DNA of 64,000 nt from an uncultured Candidatus Saccharibacteria bacterium (GCA_964631935.1 CAZWAV010000001.1:116482-180481); one strand, 5' to 3'; counted from the stretch's first letter, positions 1-9,355 are shown. The notes: generated by a model not told the origin, from the sequence alone. Numbers and translations: made by a program.

Positions 1-909
1 ATGCAGTTATTTTCAAAAACAAGCTTAATAGACGCAAGTCGTGAATATAACAATATTATCTCTTTCAATAAAAATATTAGAAATCATATTGTAGATCTAA
101 AGCAACAAGTAGACAATCTAACTATTTCAAAAAATCAAAAAGAGAGTGAACAGCAGAATTTAAACAAACTAAAAAAATCTTTAGTAGACAAAAAGCTTGC
201 TGTTGATGCTGCGAAGAAAGAGAAAGATACTCTTCTTTTTGAAACAAAAAATCAAGAATCAGCCTATAAGAAACTTCTCGCTGAAAGTCAGAAGAAGAGG
301 GATGCTTTCGAAAAAGATTTAGAGAATTATGAAGCTCAATTAAAATTTATCCTTAATCCAAATCTATTACCAGGGGAAGGATCTGGTATATTGTCTTGGC
401 CTCTTGATAACATATTCATCACTCAGCTATTTGGCAAGACAGTTTCAGCAAAAAGATTGTATGTTTCTGGGTCACACTCTGGTGTAGATTTTAGGGCGAG
501 CATAGGTACGCCAGTAAAATCTATGGGAAGCGGTGTTGTTGTCGGTACTGGTGACACTGATCTATATTGTAAAGGTGCATCTTTTGGTAAATGGGTATTT
601 ATAAAATACAATAACGGTCTATCTAGTACTTTTGGTCATTTATCAGTCATTTCATCAAGCGCCGGACAGAGTGTAAATACTGGTGACGTAGTTGGATTCT
701 CAGGTAATACTGGACATTCTACTGGTCCACATTTGCACGTCGCAGTCTATGCTTCTCAAGGAGCAGATGTGAAGACAGTGCCAAGCCTTAGTTGTAATGG
801 TAAAACATTCACTATGCCTATAGCTCCAGTGAGTGCCTATCTTGACCCAATGCTCTATCTACCTAAGCTATCAGGCTCAATGATTAAGAATGACACCCGA
901 AGAGACTAA
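1..909 (+). CDS. M23 family metallopeptidase with N-terminal coiled-coil (EnvC/NlpD-like); possibly 5'-partial at window edge
   Basis: 302-aa ORF. The N-half is a K/E/Q-rich coiled coil. The C-half carries M23 motifs HSGVD (HxxxD) and GPHLHVAV (HxH). Confidence 0.8.
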   Translation: MQLFSKTSLIDASREYNNIISFNKNIRNHIVDLKQQVDNLTISKNQKESEQQNLNKLKKSLVDKKLAVDAAKKEKDTLLFETKNQESAYKKLLAESQKKRDAFEKDLENYEAQLKFILNPNLLPGEGSGILSWPLDNIFITQLFGKTVSAKRLYVSGSHSGVDFRASIGTPVKSMGSGVVVGTGDTDLYCKGASFGKWVFIKYNNGLSSTFGHLSVISSSAGQSVNTGDVVGFSGNTGHSTGPHLHVAVYASQGADVKTVPSLSCNGKTFTMPIAPVSAYLDPMLYLPKLSGSMIKNDTRRD

Positions 910-924
910 TGATATAATTTTATT

Positions 925-1269
925 ATGAACGAAGAACAACCTAAGCCAGTTGTGCATAAGCATTTTCATATAGGAGCGCTCCTCCTAGCTATTATAATTA
1001 TTTATCTACTATTTAAAGTTAACTTAGAGAAAGCTATAAATTCTCCCCAGTTTCAAAAGAATGTCTCATACATAGAGACCAAGGGTCATGAGTACATAGG
1101 AAAACCATTCTTGTCTTTCTGGACTAGTATCTTTAGTTTAAAATTACAATCTCCTAAACTTGATAATTCAACTTTCGATAACGTAGTTAAGCCAAATAAG
1201 ATACAACAATACTTCGGGAATACTTCAGATGAAACAGTAAATCAACTCAGTTCACCTGTGGCAAATTAA
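925..1269 (+). CDS. hypothetical small membrane protein
   Basis: 114-aa ORF with a hydrophobic segment (ALLLAIIIIYLLF). No recognisable family. Confidence 0.35.
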   Translation: MNEEQPKPVVHKHFHIGALLLAIIIIYLLFKVNLEKAINSPQFQKNVSYIETKGHEYIGKPFLSFWTSIFSLKLQSPKLDNSTFDNVVKPNKIQQYFGNTSDETVNQLSSPVAN

Positions 1270-1327
1270 TTGTTGTAAAATAACAAAAAATATGTAATTA
1301 TCTATGCATTGCCCAATTGGGTAATAT

Positions 1328-1409
1328 GCCCGAGTGGCGGAATTGGTATACGCGCACGACTTAAAATCGTGTCTCGTAAGGGATGTGGGTTCGACTCCCA
1401 CCTCGGGCA
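1328..1409 (+). tRNA. tRNA-Leu (anticodon UAA), type II with long variable arm
   Basis: Cloverleaf read by eye. Acceptor GCCCGAG/CTCGGGC plus discriminator A. Anticodon stem CACGA/TCGTG with loop CTTAAAA. T-arm GTGGG-TTCGACT-CCCAC. Confidence 0.85.
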
Positions 1410-1416
1410 CATTTTT

Positions 1417-2832
1417 ATGGATAAAAAATATTACACTACAATAGGATTAGAGATACACGCAGAACTAAACACAAATTCAAAAATGTTTTGTGGTTGTGTT
1501 AATGATGCTGACGAAGAAAAGCCAAACGTAAATATTTGTCCTGTGTGTACAGCTCATCCAGGAACACTACCTGTCATAAATAAAAAGGCAGTAGAGAGCG
1601 TTATTCGTGTGGGTCTTGCTCTTGGCGCCAATATCGCTGACTTTACAGAATTTGATAGAAAAAATTATTTCTATCCTGATATTCCAAAAGCTTACCAGAT
1701 ATCTCAATATAAGTATCCAATAGTATCAGGTGGCGAATTAAATGGAGTTAAAATTACACGCATTCACTTAGAAGAAGACACCGCAAACAATAAACATGAT
1801 AGGGGGGATTATTCTTTGGTTGATTTTAATCGTGCAGGACTACCTCTTATGGAGCTTGTAACTGAGCCAGTTATCCATAGCGCAAAAGAAGCAGGAGATT
1901 TTGGAAGAGAACTCCAACTCCTTCTTCGCTACTTAGGAGTATCGGAAGCGAATATGGAGAAGGGTCAAATGCGCGTAGAGCTTAATATTTCAATATCAGA
2001 AGATCTAAATACTCTCGGGACTAAATGCGAAGTGAAAAATATAAATTCATTCCGTGCTGTTGAGCGTGCAGCTGAATATGAAATAAAAAGAATGACAGCA
2101 CTACTTGATGCTGGTAAAGGTACAGATATAGTACAGGAAACTCGTGGCTGGGATGAGAACAAGCAGTCCACTTTCTCACAGCGATCTAAAGAGAATGCAA
2201 ATGATTACCGTTACTTCCCAGACCCAGATCTACCAAAGCTCTATCTGAACAAGGCTTTTGATATAGAAAAATTAAAAAAAGAATTACCAGAGATTCCTTC
2301 AGTTAAACGTGCTCGATATAAAAATGATTACGGGATAAAAGACGAGGATATAGAAAGTTATGTAACAGATACAGAACTTGGTATTTGGTTTGAGGATATA
2401 GCTAAAATCTTAAATGATAAAGAGAAGATAAAAGTTGCTTCAAATTATATAACTTCTGATTATACAGGACTTAAGAAAAATAACATCGGTGTTAATCCAC
2501 CCAAGGCTTCAAATTTTGCTGAACTTATAGACATGGTAGCCGAAGGCAAGATTTCATCTCGCTCTGCGAAAGATATTTTAGCTAAGATTGTCATAGACGA
2601 TGGTTCTCCGCTTGAAATTGCAACTCACCTAGACTTAATCCAGAAAAATGACGAAGGTGCACTAAAAGAAATAGTCCAAAAAATCATAGATAATAATCCT
2701 GATATCGTAGCGACATATAAAGGGGGTAAAGAGAATGCCCTCATGTCTTTGGTTGGTCAAATAATGAAAGAAACAAAAGGATCAGCTAATCCTGCTATTG
2801 TTCAGAAGCTTCTAAAGGAGTTGATTAAGTAG
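1417..2832 (+). CDS. gatB: Asp-tRNA(Asn)/Glu-tRNA(Gln) amidotransferase subunit B
   Basis: The track ORF 1309..2832 begins inside the tRNA. The conserved GatB sequence starts at MDKKYYTTIGLEIHAELNT (ATG 1417), with a typical GatB core and a C-terminal YqeY-like tail. Confidence 0.9.
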   Translation: MDKKYYTTIGLEIHAELNTNSKMFCGCVNDADEEKPNVNICPVCTAHPGTLPVINKKAVESVIRVGLALGANIADFTEFDRKNYFYPDIPKAYQISQYKYPIVSGGELNGVKITRIHLEEDTANNKHDRGDYSLVDFNRAGLPLMELVTEPVIHSAKEAGDFGRELQLLLRYLGVSEANMEKGQMRVELNISISEDLNTLGTKCEVKNINSFRAVERAAEYEIKRMTALLDAGKGTDIVQETRGWDENKQSTFSQRSKENANDYRYFPDPDLPKLYLNKAFDIEKLKKELPEIPSVKRARYKNDYGIKDEDIESYVTDTELGIWFEDIAKILNDKEKIKVASNYITSDYTGLKKNNIGVNPPKASNFAELIDMVAEGKISSRSAKDILAKIVIDDGSPLEIATHLDLIQKNDEGALKEIVQKIIDNNPDIVATYKGGKENALMSLVGQIMKETKGSANPAIVQKLLKELIK

Positions 2833-2835
2833 AAC

Positions 2836-2864
2836 TTGACAGATTTAAGTTTAATATATATAAT
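2836..2864 (+). promoter_or_regulatory. sigma70-type promoter TTGACA-17nt-TATAAT immediately after gatB stop
   Basis: TTGACA at 2836..2841, exact 17-nt spacer, TATAAT at 2859..2864. Confidence 0.55.
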
Positions 2865-2870
2865 CCTTTT

Positions 2871-3225
2871 TATGGGTATGAAGTTTATAAAGTGACTTCT
2901 AGACCTGGGGATTAAAGACCCTCCGTATACACGGAGGGTCCTAATTTAAAAATTTTGATCTTTGTTGATAGGGCCGCTATTGGTCCATTCATGTTGGTTG
3001 TTTTAAGGGTTAAAGAGGATTCCCCTCGGTTTTCCGGGGGGAATTTATAAAAAATTTGATCTTTCTAAATTATTTAAGATGCAAGTGTTTGTTTCAGAGA
3101 ACAAACGGCTCTCTTTTTTATAAGGATAAGTAGAGAGCCATTTTAAATCTTTTCTCATATAGCAGCTTTAGCAACTGCATAGTTTTGGTAAGGCCTTTCT
3201 GGAAACAGAGAGGCTTTTTTATTTA
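2871..3225 (+). ncRNA. candidate non-coding RNA (~350 nt, unknown family) between gatB and the DUF1653 gene
   Basis: No ORF of 60 aa or more. It is bounded by a consensus promoter and an intrinsic terminator. It contains two perfect or near-perfect 10-bp GC-rich hairpins (2917..2940 and 3020..3043), each followed by a conserved AATTT(A)AAAATTTGATCTTT box. Confidence 0.3.
3193..3224 (+). terminator. rho-independent terminator
   Basis: Hairpin GCCTTTCTG-gaaa-CAGAGAGGC followed by TTTTTTATTT. Confidence 0.5.
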
Positions 3226-3246
3226 TAAACCTGATATAATTTAACT

Positions 3247-3471
3247 ATGGAATCAAAAGTAAAACTCGGCAAGTATAGACATTTTAAAGGGGGTACAGTG
3301 GAAGTCATTGGTGTCGCCAAAAACTCTGAAAATTATGAGGAGGAATTTGTCGTTTATATCCATCCATATGGAGGTCATGATCAAATATGGATTCGCCCAG
3401 TGGCTATGTTTGGAGAGTTTGTAGAACGTGATGGTCATAAAGGTCCAAGATTTGAATATATAGGTGAATAA
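3247..3471 (+). CDS. DUF1653 family protein
   Basis: 74 aa. Family-typical KYRHFKGG...VVY...G...WIRP...F...PRFEYIGE pattern. Confidence 0.55.
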   Translation: MESKVKLGKYRHFKGGTVEVIGVAKNSENYEEEFVVYIHPYGGHDQIWIRPVAMFGEFVERDGHKGPRFEYIGE

Positions 3472-3487
3472 ATGATATAATTTTGCT

Positions 3488-4534
3488 ATGAAATTATTTA
3501 AAAAGGATTCTAAAAAGATTCGCGTAGCTATTAATGGATTCGGGCGCATTGGCAGAGCATTTGTAAAAGTTGCTTGGGATAGACCAGAGATTGAAATTGT
3601 TGCTGTAAATGATCTTGGATCACTAGACTCACTAGCTTATCTTCTAAAACATGACACTGTATATCGTAACTGGAATCATGAAGTAAAGCATGATGGTAAG
3701 AATATATGGATTGATGGCAAAGAAGTTCATTTCGTTTCTGAAAAAGATACAACAAAGCTTCCTTGGAAAGATTTAAATATAGACGTAGTTGTTGAATCGA
3801 CTGGACTCTTCACTTCATATGATAAAGCAAAATTCCACATTGATGATGGTGCGAAGAAAGTAGTTATTTCTGCTCCGTCAAAAGGTGGAGAAGGGAATGT
3901 CCCAGGCGAAACAATACTTCTCGGTATAAATGAAGAAAAGTTTGGCACATGTGATATAACTTCAAATGCATCTTGTACGACAAATGCTGCTTCTCCTCTT
4001 ATTGGAATTCTTCATGAAGCTATTGGTATAGAGAAAGCAGTTCTTTCAACTACCCATGGATATACAGCATCTCAATCTCTTGTAGATGGTCCAAGCAAGA
4101 AAGACCTCCGTGAAGGCCGTGCAGCAGCTCAGAACATTGTCCCAAGCTCAACTGGTGCTGCTATTGCAGTCACTGAAGCTTTTCCAGACCTTAAAGGCCT
4201 ATTTGATGGTATATCTCTTCGTGTACCAGTACCTGCAGGATCTATAGTAGATATTACATTTATCTCAAAGCGTCCGACTACAGTTGAAGAAGTAAATAAT
4301 ATTTTAAAGAAAGCAGCAGCAAGCGAAAAGTGGAGTACATTATTTGCTATTACAGAAGAGCCATTAGTTTCAAGTGATATTCTCGGTGAATCTCATGCTT
4401 CAATTGCAGACCTTGCTATGACTCGCGTTATTGGAGGCAATCTTGTGAAAGTCCTCGGTTGGTATGATAATGAAATGTCTTACACTCACACACTTGTAGA
4501 CCATGTTATAAAGACAGGGAATACTATAAAATAA
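3488..4534 (+). CDS. gap: type I glyceraldehyde-3-phosphate dehydrogenase
   Basis: 348 aa. NAD-binding INGFGRIGR and the catalytic region SNASCTTN. Confidence 0.9.
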   Translation: MKLFKKDSKKIRVAINGFGRIGRAFVKVAWDRPEIEIVAVNDLGSLDSLAYLLKHDTVYRNWNHEVKHDGKNIWIDGKEVHFVSEKDTTKLPWKDLNIDVVVESTGLFTSYDKAKFHIDDGAKKVVISAPSKGGEGNVPGETILLGINEEKFGTCDITSNASCTTNAASPLIGILHEAIGIEKAVLSTTHGYTASQSLVDGPSKKDLREGRAAAQNIVPSSTGAAIAVTEAFPDLKGLFDGISLRVPVPAGSIVDITFISKRPTTVEEVNNILKKAAASEKWSTLFAITEEPLVSSDILGESHASIADLAMTRVIGGNLVKVLGWYDNEMSYTHTLVDHVIKTGNTIK

Positions 4535-5311
4535 TTATTCCCATTCTCCTCTAAAGACACATTTGGCTTCACCTTTGAGCCAAATGTTTTGGTATGTACC
4601 ATCAGTCTTCTTTTCAAAAGATACAGAGAGGTCACCCCCAGGCATTTTTATATAGCAGATATTACCTATGAACATTCCGAGATTATGTGCAGCAATAGCG
4701 ACTGACGTTGCACCTGTACCGCAAGCCCATGTCTCATCTTCTACTCCTCGTTCATACGTACGTACATGAAATACTCCATCTATAAGCTCCACGAAGTTAG
4801 TATTTACTCCATCTGGATCAGAATATCGGATCTTCCTACCGATTTCAACGACAGGGAAGTTCGCAAGGCCAGTTACAAATGACATATTGTGAGGAGTTGT
4901 ACCTTGGCATATAAATGGCAAATCATTGCGAGTAGTAATTTCATTTATATCCTGCATTTTGAGTTTAACCACATCACCATCTATCTCTGCTTCATGGGTA
5001 CCATCAACGGCTTCAAATATAACATTCCTAGCGTCTTCTACGATTTTTAGCACATGATAAGCAAAATGGACTATACACCTACCGCCATTTCCACACATTG
5101 ATCCGATACTCCCATCATTATTTATAAACACCATCTTGAAATCATATTTTTTTGAGTCTTCTAATAAAATAATACCATCAGCCCCTACGCCGAACCGTCT
5201 ATGGCAAAGGAGTTTAATTTGTTCAGTATCATGTATATCAAAACTACCAGATCTGTTGTCTATGATAATAAAGTCATTCCCAGCGCCATGATATTTATAG
5301 AATTCCATCAT
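4535..5311 (-). CDS. dapF: diaminopimelate epimerase
   Basis: 258 aa. MEFYKYHGAGNDFIIID N-terminus and SMCGNGGRC active-site Cys motif. Confidence 0.85.
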   Translation of the reverse strand: MMEFYKYHGAGNDFIIIDNRSGSFDIHDTEQIKLLCHRRFGVGADGIILLEDSKKYDFKMVFINNDGSIGSMCGNGGRCIVHFAYHVLKIVEDARNVIFEAVDGTHEAEIDGDVVKLKMQDINEITTRNDLPFICQGTTPHNMSFVTGLANFPVVEIGRKIRYSDPDGVNTNFVELIDGVFHVRTYERGVEDETWACGTGATSVAIAAHNLGMFIGNICYIKMPGGDLSVSFEKKTDGTYQNIWLKGEAKCVFRGEWE

Positions 5312-5356
5312 ATATTTTTATTATAATATGTTTTAATTAAATGGTATAATATCCCC

Positions 5357-5791
5357 ATGAAAGTCTATATCGGATCTGACCACGCTGGATATGAATTGAA
5401 AGAAAAGCTTAAAATCTATTTAAGTGAGCTTGATTATGAAGTCGAAGACATGGGTGCATTTGAACTTGAAAAGGACGATGACTATCCAGACTTCATAAAG
5501 CCAGTAGCCCATGCTGTAGCGGATGATCCTGAAAGTTTAGGAATTGTTTTAGGTGGAAGTGGAGAGGGCGAAGAGATGGCCGCAAACAAGGTGGAAGGCA
5601 TAAGAGCCACTGAATACTATGGTGGTAATTTAGAAATTGTAAAACTTTCACGTGAGCACAATAATGCCAATGTTCTTTCTCTTGGGGCAAGATTCGTAAA
5701 AGAAGATGAGGCCAAAGAAGCAGTTAAAATATTTTTAGAAACTCCATTTTCAAATGAAGAGCGACATATCCGTAGAATAGAAAAAATATGA
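5357..5791 (+). CDS. rpiB: ribose-5-phosphate isomerase B (RpiB/LacAB family)
   Basis: 144 aa. MKVYIGSDHAGYELKE N-terminus typical of RpiB. Confidence 0.85.
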   Translation: MKVYIGSDHAGYELKEKLKIYLSELDYEVEDMGAFELEKDDDYPDFIKPVAHAVADDPESLGIVLGGSGEGEEMAANKVEGIRATEYYGGNLEIVKLSREHNNANVLSLGARFVKEDEAKEAVKIFLETPFSNEERHIRRIEKI

Positions 5792-6477
5792 CTGAAGTAA
5801 TACCTGCAATTTTAGTTGAAGATTTTGAAGAACTCAGAGCGAGTATATCTCGCGTTGTAAGTGTTGCTCGAACTGTACAAGTTGATATTTGTGATGGCAA
5901 ATTCACTCCCTACGCTAGTTGGCCAATGCAAGGAAGCGATGAACGGAGCGTCCAAGGTATCTTAAACGAAGAAGAAGGGCTACCTTACTGGGATTCACTC
6001 GATTTTGAATTTGATCTTATGGTTATAAATGCACACGAGCAGTTTGAGTTTTTTACTAGACTAGGTGCTAAAAGAATAGTATTTCACATTGAAGCAGAAT
6101 TAAATAAAGATAAATTCAAAGAATTTTTAGAAGGCATGGATATGTATTTCCGTGAAAATGTACAGATAGGTGTAGCTATAAATACCACGACTCCAGTTAG
6201 TGAACTTGACTCGATAATTTCTCATATCGATTTTGTACAGTGTATGGGCATAGAAAGTATTGGTCACCAAGGTGAACCATTCGACGAGAGAGTGTTAGAT
6301 CAGATAAAATCATTGCGAGCAAAGTATCCAGAGCTTATAATAAGCGTAGATGGAAGTGTAAATGAAAAGACTGCACCACTTCTTGTCAAAGCCGGAGCAA
6401 ATAGATTAGTGGTGGGGTCTGCATTGATGGCAAGCCTTGATGTACGCGAAACCATAAAGAATTTAGAAAGTTTATAA
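5788..6477 (+). CDS. ribulose-phosphate-binding barrel protein, probable ribulose-phosphate 3-epimerase-like
   Basis: 229 aa. It overlaps the rpiB stop by 4 nt and sits in pentose-phosphate context. The DICDGKFTP motif resembles Rpe DxxDGxFVP, but the match is divergent. Confidence 0.5.
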   Translation: MTEVIPAILVEDFEELRASISRVVSVARTVQVDICDGKFTPYASWPMQGSDERSVQGILNEEEGLPYWDSLDFEFDLMVINAHEQFEFFTRLGAKRIVFHIEAELNKDKFKEFLEGMDMYFRENVQIGVAINTTTPVSELDSIISHIDFVQCMGIESIGHQGEPFDERVLDQIKSLRAKYPELIISVDGSVNEKTAPLLVKAGANRLVVGSALMASLDVRETIKNLESL

Positions 6478-6478
6478 T

Positions 6479-7348
6479 ATGGAAAATCTTAATGATACAA
6501 AAATCAAAGATCTAGAGATAAAAGCAAATGATATTCGCCAGAGTATTGTTGAAATGTTGCTTGAAGCAAAATCAGGGCACACAGCTGGGCCATTAGGAAT
6601 GGCAGATATTTTCACCCTGCTCTATTTCCATGCACTAAAGCATGACCCGATACTTCCGGACTGGAAAGATCGTGATCGATTAGTCCTTTCAAATGGCCAT
6701 ATCTGCCCAGTGCTTTACGCAACAATGGCCCATGCTGGCTATATGCCTATCAAAGAGCTTATGACATTGCGTAAGTTCGGCACGCGCTTACAAGGCCATC
6801 CACACCGCGAATATATGCCATGGCTTGAAAATTCTTCAGGGCCGCTTGGTTCAGGGCTTTCGCAAGCTGTAGGTATGGCACTAGCTGACCGCATAGACAA
6901 TGGAAATGGAACAAGTAAGACTATTTACGCACTACTTTCAGATGGGGAACATGATGAAGGCAACACTTGGGAAGCAGTACTGCTTGCAGGAAAGGAGAAA
7001 TTAAGAAATTTGATCGCTATTATTGACCGTAATAATATCCAGATTGATGGATACACAGAAGAAATAATGCCACTAGGCGATATGGCAAAGAAATATGAAC
7101 AGTTCGGCTGGCACGTACAAGAAATTGATGGTCATAACATGAGAGAGATAAATGATGCGATTTGTATGGCGAAAGCTGTCTATGACAAGCCATCAGTCAT
7201 TGTCGCTCGTACAATTCCAGGTAAAGGTGTCAAAGAATTTGAACGGGATTACCATTGGCATGGAGTTACTCCAAACAAAGAGCAAGCAGATATAGCCCTC
7301 AAAGAATTACGAACATTAGGAGGTAAAATTAAAAGCGAGCATGAATAA
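6479..7348 (+). CDS. transketolase, N-terminal (TPP-binding) subunit of split enzyme
   Basis: 289 aa. GHTAGPLGMADIF and GPLGSGL motifs. Confidence 0.9.
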   Translation: MENLNDTKIKDLEIKANDIRQSIVEMLLEAKSGHTAGPLGMADIFTLLYFHALKHDPILPDWKDRDRLVLSNGHICPVLYATMAHAGYMPIKELMTLRKFGTRLQGHPHREYMPWLENSSGPLGSGLSQAVGMALADRIDNGNGTSKTIYALLSDGEHDEGNTWEAVLLAGKEKLRNLIAIIDRNNIQIDGYTEEIMPLGDMAKKYEQFGWHVQEIDGHNMREINDAICMAKAVYDKPSVIVARTIPGKGVKEFERDYHWHGVTPNKEQADIALKELRTLGGKIKSEHE

Positions 7349-7655
7349 TCCAGAAATAAAAATTCCACAGGCAGAAGAATTCTTTAAATCAAGTGAGATT
7401 AAAGAAGTTTCAAAGAGTATTAAGATTGAGTTTTTAAGTCGCTCTATAACTATTATTATTGCAGGGCTTGGTTTAATCACAGTTCTTGCTTGGGATGAAG
7501 CATTAAAAGATTTATACAGAGAAATTGTTGCGAATTCAGATTCAATTACGGGTAAGTTCGGCTATGCGTTAATAATTACACTCGTTTCCGTAATAGTATC
7601 GGTAATACTAACCAGGGTCTTTATGAGAAGAAAAATTAAGAGTTTAGATAAATAA
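7341..7655 (+). CDS. hypothetical membrane protein inserted between split-transketolase halves
   Basis: 104 aa with two predicted TM segments. It overlaps the tktN stop (ATGAATAA) and ends 1 nt before tktC. Confidence 0.5.
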   Translation: MNNPEIKIPQAEEFFKSSEIKEVSKSIKIEFLSRSITIIIAGLGLITVLAWDEALKDLYREIVANSDSITGKFGYALIITLVSVIVSVILTRVFMRRKIKSLDK

Positions 7656-7656
7656 T

Positions 7657-8652
7657 ATGCTCAATCAATCACTCAGACTAAATACAAAACTTTTCAATGA
7701 CGATGTCGAGCAAGTTCCTATTCGTCAAGGATTTGGTGAAGGTTTACTCCAAGCTGGTGTCGAGAATGATCATGTAGTCGCTTTATGCGCAGATCTTACT
7801 GAATCAACGAAGATGAATTTATTTTCAGAGAAGTTTCCTGAGCGATTCATAGAGATAGGCGTCGCAGAACAAAACCTGGCTACAGTGGCCTCAGGTATGG
7901 CTGCAATGGGCAAGATTCCATTTATATCTTCATACGCTATGTTTAGCCCGGGGCGCAACTGGGAGCAAATTCGTACGACAATAGCTTACAATGATCGACC
8001 AGTGAAAATTGCAGGCTCTCATGCTGGTATTTCTGTGGGTCCAGATGGTGGCACACACCAGGCGGTTGAGGATTTAGCTATTACAAGAGTTATACCTAAT
8101 ATGGTTGTCATTTCTCCATGCGACTCTATTGAAGCAAAGAAGGCAACTATCGCATGCGCAAAGACAAAAGAGCCTACATACTTACGTCTTGCTCGCGAAA
8201 AAACCCCCATCATTACCACAGAAGATACACCTTTTGAAATAGGTAAAGCTCAAATAGTTTTTAATCCTGAACAAGGACTTGCGCAAGTTGGTATTATTGC
8301 TACAGGCGCACTGGTCCATAAAGCATTATTAGCCGCAAAAGATTTAGAGAAGGAGGGGATTAAAGTAAAAGTTATGAACCTCGCTACTATTAAACCGCTC
8401 GATGAAGAAGCCATAGTAGCTCTTGCTAAAGAAGCTAAAGCCATAGTAACAGTAGAGGAGCATCAGATTATAGGTGGTATGGGAAGTGCAATTGCTGAAT
8501 GTTTAGCAAAATATTATCCTACGCCAATAGAATTTATAGGTGTTAAAAATGTTTTCGGCCAATCTGGTACTCCAGCGGAACTAATAGAACATTACGAAAT
8601 GGGAGTATCCCATATAATAAAAGCAGTCGAAAAAGCATTGACTAGAAGATAA
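7657..8652 (+). CDS. transketolase, C-terminal (pyrimidine-binding) subunit
   Basis: 331 aa. GVAEQNLATVASGMAAMG motif. Confidence 0.9.
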   Translation: MLNQSLRLNTKLFNDDVEQVPIRQGFGEGLLQAGVENDHVVALCADLTESTKMNLFSEKFPERFIEIGVAEQNLATVASGMAAMGKIPFISSYAMFSPGRNWEQIRTTIAYNDRPVKIAGSHAGISVGPDGGTHQAVEDLAITRVIPNMVVISPCDSIEAKKATIACAKTKEPTYLRLAREKTPIITTEDTPFEIGKAQIVFNPEQGLAQVGIIATGALVHKALLAAKDLEKEGIKVKVMNLATIKPLDEEAIVALAKEAKAIVTVEEHQIIGGMGSAIAECLAKYYPTPIEFIGVKNVFGQSGTPAELIEHYEMGVSHIIKAVEKALTRR

Positions 8653-8673
8653 TTATTAGATATCTTAAAACAT

Positions 8674-9297
8674 ATGAATACACCAAACAAAGTGCTAATG
8701 GGTCAGGCAAGGGAAACCTTAAAAGGTAAGTGGAAATTAGCAGTTAAAGTTACTCTTGTTTACTTAGTGATCATGATAGTGGCTCAGGTTTTACCTGTGG
8801 TCAAATACGTAGCTTCATTTATCATAACAGGACCTCTTACTCTAGGTCTCTCAATATTCTGGCTCTCTTTTTCTAGAGGAAACATTCCAGAACTAGATGA
8901 AATGTTTAAAGGTTTTGATACATGGTGGAGAGCTATAAAAGCTCAGTTGCTAATATCAATATTTACATTTCTATGGTCTTTACTTCTAATCATTCCTGGA
9001 ATCATCGCTTCTTTGTCTTACTCAATGACATTTTTTATTCTCTCAGAAGATAAAAACATTGGTGTAAACGCTGCTATAGAGAAAAGTAAGAAAATGATGT
9101 ATGGATACAAATGGAAATTATGCAGACTTAGTCTAAGATTTTTGGGTTGGAGTCTACTTTGTCTTCTTACTCTTGGTATTGGATTTATCTGGCTTATACC
9201 TTACATGTGGGTAACACTATCAAAGTTTTACGATGATATAAAAAATGACTCACTAGAGAAAGTTCCTGAAATCGTTACTCTCCCTGTAACAGAATAA
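8674..9297 (+). CDS. DUF975-like integral membrane protein
   Basis: 207 aa, multi-TM. N-terminus ARETLKGKWKLAVKVTLVYLVI is typical of DUF975. Confidence 0.45.
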   Translation: MNTPNKVLMGQARETLKGKWKLAVKVTLVYLVIMIVAQVLPVVKYVASFIITGPLTLGLSIFWLSFSRGNIPELDEMFKGFDTWWRAIKAQLLISIFTFLWSLLLIIPGIIASLSYSMTFFILSEDKNIGVNAAIEKSKKMMYGYKWKLCRLSLRFLGWSLLCLLTLGIGFIWLIPYMWVTLSKFYDDIKNDSLEKVPEIVTLPVTE

Positions 9298-9308
9298 AAT
9301 AATTAAAA

Positions 9309-9339
9309 ATGCTATCCAAATATTGGATAGCATTTTAAA
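9309..9339. terminator. bidirectional intrinsic terminator between convergent genes
   Basis: Perfect 9-bp hairpin GCTATCCAA-ata-TTGGATAGC flanked by A-run and T-run. Confidence 0.5.
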
Positions 9340-9355
9340 TTAGTCTATAAGTAAT

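Noticed and set aside
1309-1416. N-terminal extension of the gatB ORF (track start 1309) overlapping the tRNA-Leu
   Set aside because: The extension is a translation of the tRNA gene itself. The conserved GatB sequence begins at the ATG at 1417.
2871-3225. tmRNA, RNase P RNA, SRP RNA or 6S RNA identity for the candidate ncRNA
   Set aside because: No tRNA-like 3' domain or tag ORF is present, and neither the RNase P conserved P4 motifs nor the SRP domain-IV motif is recognisable. It is left as an unclassified candidate.
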